A stretch of DNA of 64,000 bases from an uncultured Nitrososphaerales archaeon (GCA_963713605.1 CAVQMO010000012.1:128001-192000), one strand, 5' to 3'; positions 43,719-55,636 are shown, counted from the stretch's first letter. Translations and numbers: made by a program. Notes: generated by a model not told the origin, from the sequence alone.

Positions 43719-44453
43719 TTATAGATTAGCTTCATCCGCTGGTGGAGTATTAGGAGATACATCTGATTTATTTGTAGATCCAATGTGTTCATGGTGCACG
43801 CTATTATTGTCGTCCTGAATTATTGAAGTAGAAGAAACTTTCTTAGCCCCCGACCAAATATTCTCAAGCTCTTTTGAATTTATAATAGTTATTAAATTCT
43901 TCATATTTTCAAGTGATCTGTTATGCCCATTCTTATCTGGTGAAGACACACAATCTGAGACGACTACAGAGTAAAATCCCCTGTTGAAAGCATCCCTGGC
44001 ACTAGACTCTACTCCAAATTCTGTAGCAATACCTGTAAACACTACAGTAATAATACCAGCATTTCTAAGCATGCGCTCAAAGCCAGTGTCTATGAAAATA
44101 CTCGCTGTATGTTTATTTATAACTATTTCATCTTGGTTGGGTTTTATTGTAAAATTCATATCTTCGGGTGCAAACTGCTCGAATAAGCGGTCAAATCCCA
44201 GTTTACTCACAGTGTATATATTTGCTGAAGACTCAAATCGTTTTGATAGCGTTTGAACTGATGTAAAGAATATTGGAATATTTGATTTGCGTGCTAATTC
44301 TACAGTCGAATTCAGATTTTTACTAAATTCTTCTTTATTAAATATTATTTTTTCAAACGCCCGTAGTACATCCCATAGTACCAACGCTGTGTGCGAGTGA
44401 TCTAAGATTTCTTCAATAGTATTATAAACTATTTTATCTCCAATCTTTTGCAT
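43719..44453 (-). CDS. Isochorismatase family hydrolase
   Basis: TALVLWD, INKHTASIF, FTGIATEFGVESSARDA, VVVSDC. Confidence 0.92.
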   Translation of the reverse strand: MQKIGDKIVYNTIEEILDHSHTALVLWDVLRAFEKIIFNKEEFSKNLNSTVELARKSNIPIFFTSVQTLSKRFESSANIYTVSKLGFDRLFEQFAPEDMNFTIKPNQDEIVINKHTASIFIDTGFERMLRNAGIITVVFTGIATEFGVESSARDAFNRGFYSVVVSDCVSSPDKNGHNRSLENMKNLITIINSKELENIWSGAKKVSSTSIIQDDNNSVHHEHIGSTNKSDVSPNTPPADEANL

Positions 44454-44560
44454 GCTATTGTGTACACAAAGATGTGGTCGTCATAGATTTATTTATTTGT
44501 GATACAATATTCTTATCAACTCACAGCTGCTGGTTGAATTGCTTGTGTCACATGTCATGG

Positions 44561-44680
44561 TCAATGAGTACTCTCGTGATCTTCTAACTCTTTGCGAGTT
44601 TGAAATTCTCGACCACAATCTACACAAGAGAAAGTCGCATACATCTTGGCATCTATATCATCTGATTTCTCATCACTCAT
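44561..44680 (-). CDS. 39-aa single C2H2 zinc-finger microprotein (below cutoff)
   Basis: MSDEKSDDIDAKMYATFSCVDCGREFQTRKELEDHESTH*, a complete F-x-C-x2-C-x3-F-x5-L-x2-H-x3-H. Confidence 0.7.
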   Translation of the reverse strand: MSDEKSDDIDAKMYATFSCVDCGREFQTRKELEDHESTH

Positions 44681-44713
44681 AATATTTTTTATGTGGGATA
44701 ACTATAAAATGAT

Positions 44714-44935
44714 ATGCACAAACTATTGAAGCTTACTGTCTTCTTCGTAATCATTGGTGCAGCAACGGTTACTCTTATGGTCAATAGCAGTACCGTAATC
44801 GAACGGCACGTTAACGCTCAAAATGTGACTAATGCGAGCAATTTGACCGGAGTGGAGAATGACAGTAGTAGTGGAAGCGTAACAGCGAGACTGAATGTCT
44901 CATTGCCAGAACCACCCAGCCCAACCGATCAGTGA
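44714..44935 (+). CDS. Small secreted glycoprotein-like protein
   Basis: Signal ending VNA; several N-x-S/T sequons. Confidence 0.6.
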   Translation: MHKLLKLTVFFVIIGAATVTLMVNSSTVIERHVNAQNVTNASNLTGVENDSSSGSVTARLNVSLPEPPSPTDQ

Positions 44936-45474
44936 CTCAATTTCAAAATACTTGAAGCAGTCACAAATTTCTATTGATTCTGATACGAGAGATAACACTT
45001 ACATTACCCCCGACTGTCTATTGCACTGAAAAGAGTGGGTTGACAAATTGAGTAATAGGTGTATAAATGATGAGAGACGGAAATATTGAAAAAGAAACTT
45101 TACTAATTCTACATATTCTCAGCCATAGAAGATTTATTTAGTAATATTTACAGATCTAGCAGACAGTCCACCAAATCTGTACCATTAATATCTGTATTAT
45201 TTCTCATTAGATCAGTTTTAGTTGCCTCTGCAATGTCTGTTGATTCTGTAGATAAACCTCCGAAGTCTGTATAAATACCAGGTTAATTGTCAGTCGTATT
45301 CAGAGCCATTACTATTGCAGGATTTATACCTAACAAAATCGCCGAAGATTAGATTGTAAATTAACAATGACATGTTGTGTCTATGAGGTCATGCTATAAA
45401 TAATTTCTAAAGTTCTGATAATAATAACAATGATTTATCTTTAGATCAATACATTTGCCAGACTTGACGTCAGT

Positions 45475-45900
45475 CTAACATATTGTATCTGCCACTGTCT
45501 CAATTAGATCAGCTACTTGAATTGGCTTTTCTATGTACTTTACAATGCACTTATTTTCTTCTAATTCTTTCATTCTATCATAGCTTCCCTCTTTCTGGCC
45601 ATCATTTTCGTCCACTAGTGCTTCAGCTCCAACTTGACACACAGATTTCGTAAGTTCAGTAGCATCACCATATCCAAGCTCCCCTCTTTCCGGAGTATTC
45701 ACCATTGTAAGACGGATACGAACATTGTTAACATCAATAGTATCACCATCAATAATTTCGGTAACTATGCCCCTGAAGCAGTCTGCTTCGCCACGACATT
45801 CGCTGCTTTGTGTAAGCACAATTCCAACGAATGGAGAAAGTATTTCATTGCTTATTGTTTTACCAATTGATTCTTCTTGGTTATCATCTTCAGGTCTAAA
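45475..45900 (-). pseudogene. Chimera: thermonuclease (SNase) N-half fused in frame to a response-regulator C-terminus
   Basis: GIVTEIIDGDTIDV...IRLTMVNTPE...GSYDRM | KELEENKCIVKYIEKPIQ, the latter matching 42540-42640. Confidence 0.85.
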
Positions 45901-46426
45901 ATTTGATGTATTTCTTCATTCATCAGTTTATCGATACTTGGGTGATATACATAAGAGCGTTCTCATTACCAGTTTTTAGAACTTCTTCAGAGCGAAGAAG
46001 AATTGAATTGAAGAATAGATATATAGTAGATCATGGTAAAGAGCTTTATGACAAATATTACACAGGAATTTCACATAAAACACCATCTACTAAGGGAACA
46101 TTTGACTTTTTCAGTAACTGGAAGCACACTCCTCGAGTGTCTGGAGAAAGCAAAGCAATATGCTCGAGAGTACAGTAATTTGAAGAGATGGGATGATACA
46201 CCCGAAGTGGAGTTTGGTTCTGGTAAACTTTGACGTTGCGAGTCACAACGGCTGAATCTTAACCTACTTAGCTATCACACCGATGATATTTCGGTCAAGA
46301 ACTATCTAGGAATCAAAGAAGCAATCCAAGTCTTCGTCTCCGATATTTGGCAGGTAAAGCTGTAGAATCTTGGTGCAGGTAAGAAAAACATGGATGAGCT
46401 CGAATTCTTCAATATGATCAAGGGAC

Positions 46427-47164
46427 TTACAACCTGATAAGCAATTTGAAATTTAGGCAAAATGTTCTGCAATAGCTCAAAGAGCGTATCTGTGTCAAAG
46501 ATTTTATGTGAATCTCATTTGACACCATCGCCATGTACTCTTTGATGTCGCTATCAGTCATTGAAGATTCAACTCCGGTCTTTTCTGTCAACACATCCGA
46601 ATGCTTCTTTGCGATCTTCATAACCTTTGGTTGGAGCTCTTGTTCCATTTGAGCCGACCCCATACTATGTAGAAATTTTGATTGTTCAGTTAATGATTTT
46701 CTAATGGATACACGTAAAGACGTATCCTGAGAAAGTAACTGTCGAAGAGAATAGACCTGCATATATTAAATAGCATGATAGACCAGTAAAAGAGACAGAT
46801 ACAATTCCGTACGGTGGATATGCAGCCTGAGCAGCCATGGCGGATCCGGCAATATAAAAGAGAACAAATCCATATGCGGCGATTATCATGTGCTTTCTGA
46901 GACTACTGTCTTTTCGTAAAGTTTTCGCTACAGCCAAGAATGCTGCTCCAATATGATTCCTGAAAGAATTCCAGATAATGAAAAAATAAGAATATTCGTC
47001 ATTGCATCTGTGTCTTCTGATGGAGTAAAATATCCCAAGACAAAGAGTGGGAATGAGATGAGATAGTAAACCATAGCAACACCCATAATAATCCAGAACT
47101 TGATCTTACCCAATTTCTTGATATACGGAATTACAAGTTGCTCTTTATCATATCTAGCATGCAC
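46427..47164 (-). pseudogene. C-terminal part of a thaumarchaeal multi-TM protein, frameshifted
   Basis: Three overlapping ORFs join: KKLGKIKFWII...YPPYGIVSVSFTGLSCYL...SQDTSLRVSIRKS...MGSAQMEQE. Confidence 0.75.
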
Positions 47165-47611
47165 AGTAGCATTCTTTATACTACATTTGGAATTCTTGCT
47201 ACATAGCTTTTTCTATCTTGTTATCTATTGCTACTAATTCAATGCTTCCTGTTACAGATTGATATCAACTGTTATTTTATGTCTGAAAGTTATCAAGCCA
47301 GACGTATTCCACACCAACATTGGGCCTGCAGTAATATAAAGAACACTGAGTACTAGAATTTATAGAAATATTGAATAAGCTTCAGAAAATTAGTCTCATT
47401 GCTGTTTCAATTACAGTAGTTGTTCTATTAGCATACGTATGGTTTACTCATACGTCTTTCGTACCAATATTGAAAATATCTGGCTTTGAAAGCCAGTCTT
47501 ACAACTGTCCCGGCAATTGCTCTTATAGTCATTCCTGTCATAGATTACTGGGCACAAACAGAAATTGTGAACTGTAACCTAAATCGGATAGATATATGCC
47601 TACAAAATCTT

Positions 47612-48080
47612 TCAGTGTCTAAATTTCCCCTCAAACTTTCTTCGTAATGCTATGATAATCAAACCAAATGTGACAGCACCACCAACGATTTTGAAAGTAA
47701 CATCTAACAATCCAATATTTAATTTGGTTCCAAAAGAAAGACTGGGTAGAAAGTTTGTTTGCTCTCTTTCAAAAGCTACTTGAAGATTACTTGAATTACC
47801 CATAATCCTCGTGACTGTGGCTTTGGACATTTAATAGATAATTATACAAAATATGGCGAAAATCAGTTTCTTTAAGTGTGTTTATGGAAGATTGTTCTGT
47901 ATATCCGACGTTCAACCCAAAATCACTTAATCTAACCTGGTATGCCTCGGTAGTGCCCGACTGTGAGGAATAATTGTTGACAGACAATGAAACAAAGAAG
48001 AGCGAATAGATCAACATTATTACAATTGATACTACTATTATCAATATTATCAACATAATACTCTTTATTGGCACTGGCAC
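47612..48080 (-). pseudogene. Membrane-anchored hypothetical protein, frameshifted
   Basis: Two overlapping ORFs with N- and C-terminal TM segments. Confidence 0.45.
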
Positions 48081-48404
48081 TTTGTGTTTTCATCTGTTAT
48101 GCGAGACTATTAGATTTTAGTGTTCTCACTGAATTACGGACGTGTCGTTTGATCTTATTAGAATCCGGTCATGATGATATGCATAATTTTTTCTATTGGC
48201 AACTAGATAGTTCTTTTAGACTTGAATCAACGATATGCATTTGATCGGTCGACTATAAAGTAGCGACTTGCGATTTCTGGAAGTACTATAGTTTAGCTAT
48301 TCTGAGCTGATTTCAACTGATATATGATTCAGGTTTGGATAATTTCACAATTTGGTTAATTTATGGAACAATGCTTATGATTACATTCTATTAATTCAAA
48401 TTCA

Positions 48405-48764
48405 ATGGCAAAAATGCAAAAGAAGAATATTGATACATCACTCGATGAAGTACGAAGATTTGAGAACGGCAAGATTGAGCTTGCAAATCTAGGTGATATG
48501 ACAATTGGTCGAGCAGTATTAGAACCGGGGTGGAGCTGGGAGAAATGCGTTAAACCCCTAGTAAAGACAGACAGTTGCCAAGCACCGCATATTCAGTACA
48601 TAGTTTCGGGTAGAATCAAAGCAGTTATGGATGATGGTGCAGAAGAAGAATTTGGTCCTGGAGATGCTGCTGTGATTCCACCTGGCCACAATGCTTGGGT
48701 TGTCGGAAATGAACCTGTAATTGGAATCGATTTCACTGGTTTGAAAGAATACGCCAAGAGTTGA
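48405..48764 (+). CDS. Cupin domain protein
   Basis: LEPGWSWE...SCQAPH...SGRI...PPGHNAWVVGNEP. Confidence 0.92.
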   Translation: MAKMQKKNIDTSLDEVRRFENGKIELANLGDMTIGRAVLEPGWSWEKCVKPLVKTDSCQAPHIQYIVSGRIKAVMDDGAEEEFGPGDAAVIPPGHNAWVVGNEPVIGIDFTGLKEYAKS

Positions 48765-48955
48765 AATAGATAACGAGTCCCTCATTTTTTTGAAATTCGA
48801 TGAGCCGGATACAAATAACATCGAATCATGTTACGTTTGTATTTTTCTAACAGATATACACTTTTATAGAAGATTGTCCTATATGTCTGTGACATTAATC
48901 TATGAGTTTCATGGCGAAACACTGTCTCAATTTGTTTACATGGGTGTTTACATAT

Positions 48956-49237
48956 TGAGTGGCAAATCTAGATGGGCTTGTGCTATCTACGGAATGTACT
49001 CCTCCCGTAAGTTCAGTGTCAAGCGGCATATCGAAAATTTGTATAACGGCATAGGAAATATTATTTCGTTCATTGATTATAATTGCTGGTAGAGGCAATG
49101 GAACTTATTTTCCAAATCCTTTTTCTACCTACTTGCTTAAGCAGACCCAGACGGCAGATCCCAAGAATAGACTATTAGATATTATGAGAGATGAGTTTTT
49201 TCGAACTACATTAAGAAAGAGCTTCAGATTTCCATAA
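48956..49237 (+). pseudogene. Second member of the N-terminal C2H2 family (cf. 20190), degenerate
   Basis: RWACAIYGMYSSRKFSVKRHIENLY...FIDY / IAGRGNGTYFPNP; two Zn ligands replaced by Tyr, plus a frameshift. Confidence 0.65.
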
Positions 49238-49327
49238 TGAGCACTTGCAATTTACAATTTTTAATTTGAGCTATATACTGATTCGTTTGGATGGTTCCCG
49301 TATTTGCAGCGTATAATGCATCTCCAA

Positions 49328-50266
49328 TCATTGAATTGAAGGAGGTTTAATTTCTCTTATGCTCAGATTCTTGAGATCGAAAATTAGGTTATCTGCTCTA
49401 AAAGTCGCAGTAGACCCAGAATTAGTGATTATGTAATCCTTTTCTTTACCGCAATCTACACTGTAAAATTCTTCGTCAGACGTATCAGCATACCATTTGC
49501 CATTATCTTCAACTTCAGATACTTTTTCCCATTTATTGTTGGCGTCAATGTCCAAATATGATTCCATCTTCACAAATGAATCATTCTCAAGATTATACAT
49601 GACAGTTTTCCATCCGATCCATTTATTTACGAAAGAGTTGGGAATCTCTGAAACGCCACGTGCGGCTGTATATCCTCCAGTATGCCATATTTCCTTTTTC
49701 CAAGATACCTTACCATCAAAGAATAAGCCGCCATTTAAAGCTGTTCCCTCACATGGAACCATATCATTATGTCGTCCTCCTCTTGCACGCCATGTCAAAT
49801 GAGGATCTAATGAATCTCCATTTTCACTCCCCTCATCTTGATCAGAGAATTCACGAGAACCTGTGGTTGGGGTGGAAGATATCATTTTTACGTACCCTGT
49901 CATTTCTACATTCTTCCATTCTTCTTGCCCTGGAAGCGTATCTACACGTATCCTTACCTTTGAACTATTTACTCTCCATGAATCATCTGACTGCTGATCT
50001 AGAGCAATATCTGAATTGAAAGAAACTATTTCGTCATCTAAAGGGTCCTGCATGTTGATAAACCATTCTCTTCCACCCTGTACAGTAGAATAGATTTGCA
50101 GGGTACCAAATTTATCCATTCTTCTTTCCCCCTCCGGAATAGGGAGGGGGGTAGGAGGAATAACAAATCGTGTATAAAGTAGGATGAAAATAATAAGGAG
50201 AACTAATATGCTTGATGCGACTAATAGAATTCTCTTTCTTCGTTTTGCATTATCGGGTATCTTCAT
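49328..50266 (-). CDS. Membrane-anchored thaumarchaeal beta-sandwich protein (carbohydrate-binding/lectin-like)
   Basis: N-terminal TM; DKFG...GGREW...WKNVEMTGYVK...RGGRH...CEG...KEIWHTGGY...FRADN. Confidence 0.75.
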   Translation of the reverse strand: MKIPDNAKRRKRILLVASSILVLLIIFILLYTRFVIPPTPLPIPEGERRMDKFGTLQIYSTVQGGREWFINMQDPLDDEIVSFNSDIALDQQSDDSWRVNSSKVRIRVDTLPGQEEWKNVEMTGYVKMISSTPTTGSREFSDQDEGSENGDSLDPHLTWRARGGRHNDMVPCEGTALNGGLFFDGKVSWKKEIWHTGGYTAARGVSEIPNSFVNKWIGWKTVMYNLENDSFVKMESYLDIDANNKWEKVSEVEDNGKWYADTSDEEFYSVDCGKEKDYIITNSGSTATFRADNLIFDLKNLSIREIKPPSIQ

Positions 50267-50437
50267 TTTAAATCAATAGTTTTTAATAGAAAATGAGGAA
50301 GATAGAGAATGATTGATAGATTTTGAACAAGTTGCACGAAAATATATTTACCTACAATATACATTCTAAACACATTCATTTAGTATTACGGGTTTCCAGG
50401 ATAACGAGTTTACAAATACGAAAAGGAAGCCATTAAT

Positions 50438-50857
50438 TTAGGATGATGTAAGTGTATTAATTGTATTCAATTTCGCTATATTCTTTTCTTCCTTCTTCTT
50501 CAAAGTTATTTCCTTATGCTTTTCATTCCAGTGATCGACAAAATCATCAATTATGGGGTGAAGATAGCTTTTACATAATGCATTATGCTGTTTCGCAGTA
50601 TTCCCTATTCTGTTACCATATTTAATACATTTCCAACATCCTATAAACGGAATCAGATAAGCCACTCTATATCCGAGATATCTTGAAGTATGTCCCCACG
50701 CCTCACCCACTATACACATTTCTGGCTTGCGAATGAGTGTATGTAAATCATCCTTACCAAGATCGGTTCCAAGTTTGTTTGACCAAGTTGGGCATATCTC
50801 ATCGAAAGTCAAAGAGGTTAATTTAGTACTAGTATCACGGATTGTGGGTCGAAACAT
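50438..50857 (-). CDS. Hypothetical Cys-containing protein
   Basis: 139-aa ORF; ICPTW...CIVGEAWG...GCWKC...FVDHWNEKH. Confidence 0.7.
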   Translation of the reverse strand: MFRPTIRDTSTKLTSLTFDEICPTWSNKLGTDLGKDDLHTLIRKPEMCIVGEAWGHTSRYLGYRVAYLIPFIGCWKCIKYGNRIGNTAKQHNALCKSYLHPIIDDFVDHWNEKHKEITLKKKEEKNIAKLNTINTLTSS

Positions 50858-51383
50858 CAGACGTAGTATAATAGGAAATGCTTTGATTTATGTCTATCCA
50901 ATGCAAATCAATTTCATTAATCGTATGTTCTAGTTGGAAACTAGCCTATGAAAAAAACTGGTTGTGAATATAGAATAGAAACTACATAAATATTGAATGG
51001 TTACAGAATTGCGAACGGGTCAAGTATTCTATATCCCATAGAGAGGGAGTAGTTAGGTTTAACAAGAACAAAGAACAAACAAAAGAAGTAATCCAAGGCA
51101 GTCATGAGCAAATATCTAGGATCGAAAATAAAGTCCAAATTATATAATAAAACCAGATTATAAATTGAGATTGTTTGTTGAGATATTTCATGCACTGCAA
51201 GTGCAGCTCAACTAAATGGCTTCATATTAGAAAGAAGAAATGGGATATATGCCAAAGCTTAGTTAACATAAAATTATCGATCTAAGCTGAATGCAAATGA
51301 TCGCTCTAGTCAATATGTCTCATTGATTGTGAATACAAGTATGAATTCGAAACCAATATTGTTCCAGAAGCGTTATCTGTAAC

Positions 51384-51575
51384 TTAGGCTTCTTCATTAA
51401 AGGAATGACACAGCAGATTGGTCGGGATATCATTAAAGTAAATATCGTTCGCGTGCATGCCATGTTTTTGCATTGCATGATCCGCACCATTTTTTAAGAA
51501 CTCTTCCATTGTTCCACCTTCGATGACAAAATCACAGTCTAGGCCAGATTCACGACATACTAGAATGTACATCAC
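51384..51575 (-). CDS. DUF1059 domain small metal-binding protein
   Basis: CRESGLDCDFVIEG.T.EE....ADHAMQKH. Confidence 0.85.
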   Translation of the reverse strand: MMYILVCRESGLDCDFVIEGGTMEEFLKNGADHAMQKHGMHANDIYFNDIPTNLLCHSFNEEA

Positions 51576-51962
51576 TATTACAATGTCTGGATCAACCTTA
51601 AAACCTTTTTATTGTAATTGCTATTGCGAGATATCTACTTAGTGTCCAAAGTTATCCCATAATCTAATAACAGAATTATTTTCACAGAATATCTAATACC
51701 TGATTCACTTCGATAATCCTTCCTACACTAAGCGTCGGATCGCACCCGATAGGTGAGGGGACGGTCTTACAGATTTTCTTTTTGGTCACTTACCGAATAT
51801 AGCTGGATATTAATAACAATTCTGCTAAAGGATAGCATTCTTCAATTCTGATTCTGACTTTTCAAATAAAGTATTAGTCCTTACTGCTGAGTAGAATGCA
51901 TTGATTCGGTGGCGTGCACAAGTAAGTTGCGCCTCAATGGCTTACTTTGTTATTCCTGCTAA

Positions 51963-52154
51963 TTGTGCTCCATTGCTCTTCCTACCGGTACGTATCCTTT
52001 TACATCCGAAACGACTATCTCTATGCCTCTCGTCATTGGGATTCTTATTCTTATATCAGCTCTATGTTTGTACGCCTTTATTGTTCTTGATCAGGTTCCT
52101 CATGAAATATCAAAAAATTATATCAACAGTTTACTTATACATTTAATCTGTTGA
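51963..52154 (+). CDS. Small single-TM hypothetical protein
   Basis: One TM segment; weak support. Confidence 0.3.
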   Translation: MCSIALPTGTYPFTSETTISMPLVIGILILISALCLYAFIVLDQVPHEISKNYINSLLIHLIC

Positions 52155-52619
52155 ATATTGAAAGCTGTGCTCTGAAACACTACCTGGCCGTACTGCATAG
52201 TTAGGAAGTACTTGTGTTTTTCCATCTGGATAGGTAACAGTGAATTTGTATATGCCTGATGGAAGACCATCAAATGAATAATGTCCACTGCTAGGGGTAA
52301 AGGATTTAACCGAATATCCTCCTGATTTTTCTACAGAGTATATTAATCCCATTTGTTTGTATGCTACTACTGATGCTCCATTAACAGGTAGTCTAGTTTG
52401 ACTAGTGACTAAACCAGTGACTTCCGCCATATCTGCAGCAGTAGTAGGTGATGACGTTGCTGTGATTGTTTCTTTCGCTGGATTCAACTCTATCAACCCT
52501 ATGTTATCATCCGAATTTGTATTATTATACAATGTTTTTTCAACTGCTATAAAAACAGTCAGTATTACAATAACAATACCGAATGCAATTCCGAAAAGAA
52601 GATATTCATTTTCTAGATT
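52143..52619 (-). CDS. Membrane-anchored carboxypeptidase regulatory-like (prealbumin-like) domain protein
   Basis: VTGLVTS...PVNGASV...GHYSFDGLPSGIYKFTV; in-frame TM (YLLFGIAFGIVIVILTVFI) upstream of the track's start; true start unclear. Confidence 0.7.
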   Translation of the reverse strand, partial: NLENEYLLFGIAFGIVIVILTVFIAVEKTLYNNTNSDDNIGLIELNPAKETITATSSPTTAADMAEVTGLVTSQTRLPVNGASVVAYKQMGLIYSVEKSGGYSVKSFTPSSGHYSFDGLPSGIYKFTVTYPDGKTQVLPNYAVRPGSVSEHSFQYSTD

Positions 52620-52725
52620 GCAAAAGTCAAGAAATGATAGTCAAGAAATGATTCTACTAGGTAGCTCAAAAAGGAACTCAATATTAATTAATATCATGTA
52701 CGGATATCACTTAAGTGAATAATTA

Positions 52726-53317
52726 TTATTTCTTGTCTGATTCTTCTTTATATAGAAGGTAGCGTTTTTTAAAACCACTGCCGAAGGTATCAATATATTG
52801 ATCTGCATTACGTGGTTCAATTGCTCTTGCAAGTAATATGATTAATCGTTTTACATCCTTATCATACAGCAACTCTTCATTTACGATTACAGATAACAAC
52901 AGACTGAATGATTTGGAAATACCGAGAATATGAAAGGAATGTAATAGATATAAAGCTGCGTCAAGATAATCTTCATCCAGTACTGCTAAGCAGAAATCGA
53001 AAAACAAATATTCTATCGGATACGAGCAACCTATCTCATGCAGCTGGGTATAGCGTCTGCCGTGCCGATTGAAGAAGTAAGATATTCTTCCATTTTTTCA
53101 TATACTTTGCTTCTCGTATTTCTTTTTCTAGTTCTTCATTTATAAGCCTTATAATATCCCTCAAGCTGCCGTCACGATGCAAACTATCAAAGTAAAATTG
53201 GGAGTCAATCGTTATATTCTTTGCAAGCCGACCGTTTGTCGGAAGTTTGCCACTGATAGGTATGTATTCAATTAGCTTCAGTATTTCCGATGAGCCTAAA
53301 CTGTCCGAGTCTCCCAC
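52726..53317 (-). pseudogene. Hypothetical protein split into two ORFs
   Basis: Adjacent co-directional 93-aa ORFs 28 nt apart; possibly one interrupted gene. Confidence 0.4.
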
Positions 53318-54010
53318 ACCATATTATCTATAACTGTGTAAATTATATAACTTTATTATTATCAGATCTAGTATGTATAAACAGAAAGAACTATTGCTAC
53401 TATCTTTAATGACAAACGCATAGAGTAATGGGCGTTATTACTTAAAGATTACTTGTGGGAGTATATTTAATGAAGTGGATCACGCGCCTTATTTGTTATA
53501 GCTGTCTGACCTATACGCCTTGCACAGCTTAGGAAGACCATCAGCAATCCGAAGAAAACGGATAAAAAGACAGCAGTGTTATCAACAACTAACTCGTTAT
53601 CCAAGCTTTTTCTTTTTCCTCGAAAATATCTGCGGCAGCCACATTTAGTTAAACGTATACGCCGAATGGTGTAATATTCCCTCATATATTGGGCTTGTTT
53701 GACCATTCGTCATTGCCACCCCCCGCCTATGCACTACGTACACTAGTGTGTTGCATTCTACCGAACCAGTTACCTATTTTAGTAATGATATTGGTGACTG
53801 CTTGATGATAATTTGATTACTCCATCTTTATTCCTATGAGCCAACCAAAAAGGCATTGAATATCAAAGAAATGTCAACCCAATTTTTCAAAACATTTCCT
53901 TATTATTTATCAACTTCAAAGAAAGCATGAGGTTTAGTTTCTGTAATGGCAAGTTCAATAGAATTTCCTCGTGAAACCTTTTATATATGCAATTTTAAGT
54001 AGACATATCC

Positions 54011-55334
54011 ATGTCTGCAAATCCATCATTATATGTGATGATTGTATTTTTAATAACCATTGTAATAAGCCCAACAATAAGCTCAGTATTAGGCTCGCCT
54101 TCTACCTCCATTATTAATTCTTCTAATTATCCTATATCTCGCTTCCACCACTCCTTCGACAGTACAAGAAGAAAAAAATAATTTAACCTCAACATTTGAA
54201 ATAACTGATCATATAAAAGCTCTCATAAATGATCGTTTAGATAAAAATAAAACTAACGCTGCAATTGCTATAGGGTTCATTGACCCAAATGGAACTCAGT
54301 TCTACGGTCATGGTAAGTTGTCCAATACAAGTAACGCTACGATAGACGAAAATACAGTTTTTTCCATCGGTTCTACTACCAAAGTATTTACTACAACTCT
54401 TTTGGCAGATATGGTAAACAAAGGTCTTATTAGGTTAGATGATCCTATTGAGAAGTATCTTCCATCTAATGTCACTATCCCCCAATACAATGACCATAAA
54501 ATCACTATCGAAGATTTAGCTACTCATACTTCAGGGTTACCAGAGTTTCCTGATAATTATTGTCCTTCTTTCGATCCTGCAAAAACAGTAGTTCAGGATT
54601 CAATCCAATACCGAAAAAATTTGATGAACTGTACCAAAAATTATACCTTTGACCAATTCTATCAGGCACTTTCTAATGTCACACTATCAAGAGAACCTGG
54701 TTCAAAAGTTGAATATTCAACCTTTGGTATCGGTTTACTTGGTCACATTTTAACCTTAAAATCAAATATGTCATCTTTTGATAAACTTTTAGATCATAAT
54801 ATTCTGAATGTGTTAGGAATGAATGACACAAGCTTTGGTCTTTCAGAGTCACAAAAATCTCGATTAGCAGTGGGGCACTTTAACGGTCAGGAACTGCCTA
54901 CATTGAACATGTCCAGTCCTATTGCACCAGGGGGTGCCCTTCATTCAACTGTTAGTGATATGCTAAAATTCTTATCAGCTAATATGGGATTAATTAAAAC
55001 AGAATTAGATGATGCCATGCAAGAATCACATTTAATAAGACATAGTACCGGCCAGTTATTACCTAATAATTTACAAGCATCAGGTAATAACAATGACACA
55101 GGGGTTTATGTTGGTTTAGGATGGTTTATAACTACAAACTTTGGTTACGAAGTCATTTGGCATAATGGGGCTACTATTGGTGGTTACAATGCTTATATGG
55201 CCTTTAATCCTACTACGGAGAGAGGTATAGTCATACTGTGTAGTACCGACCTTGCGAATATTAATATTACAACTATTAGTTTCAGTCAGAATGATGAGCT
55301 ATCATCTTTGATATGGAATTTGCTCAATCAATAA
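54011..55334 (+). CDS. Secreted serine hydrolase (beta-lactamase class C/AmpC-like) with a +1 frameshift at ~54140
   Basis: FSIGSTTK (SxxK), LATHTSGLP, YST, WHNGATIGGY; signal peptide from ATG 54011 in the adjacent frame. Confidence 0.88.
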
Positions 55335-55636
55335 ATGTTCATCATTCAAGCTTGCAGAAGTCGCAAGATTCCAGGCCGAATATTGGGATGTTTCAGACTG
55401 TTATCTGAGAGTCATGATAAAAGTGTGTTCAAAGTTAGACGATATATTTATCGGTTTTGCAAGATGAAAATCCAAATGCGGCGAGATACTCAAGCACACA
55501 TAAAGGATGAACACCGTAAGATTGATTTGAGATAGATAAAAAAGTATGAGGAAACTAGACTTATTTAGTAAGATGCCACTATTGCACATATCGATTTGCA
55601 TATATTTTCGTGTTAGCTCTAATATATTGACACTAC

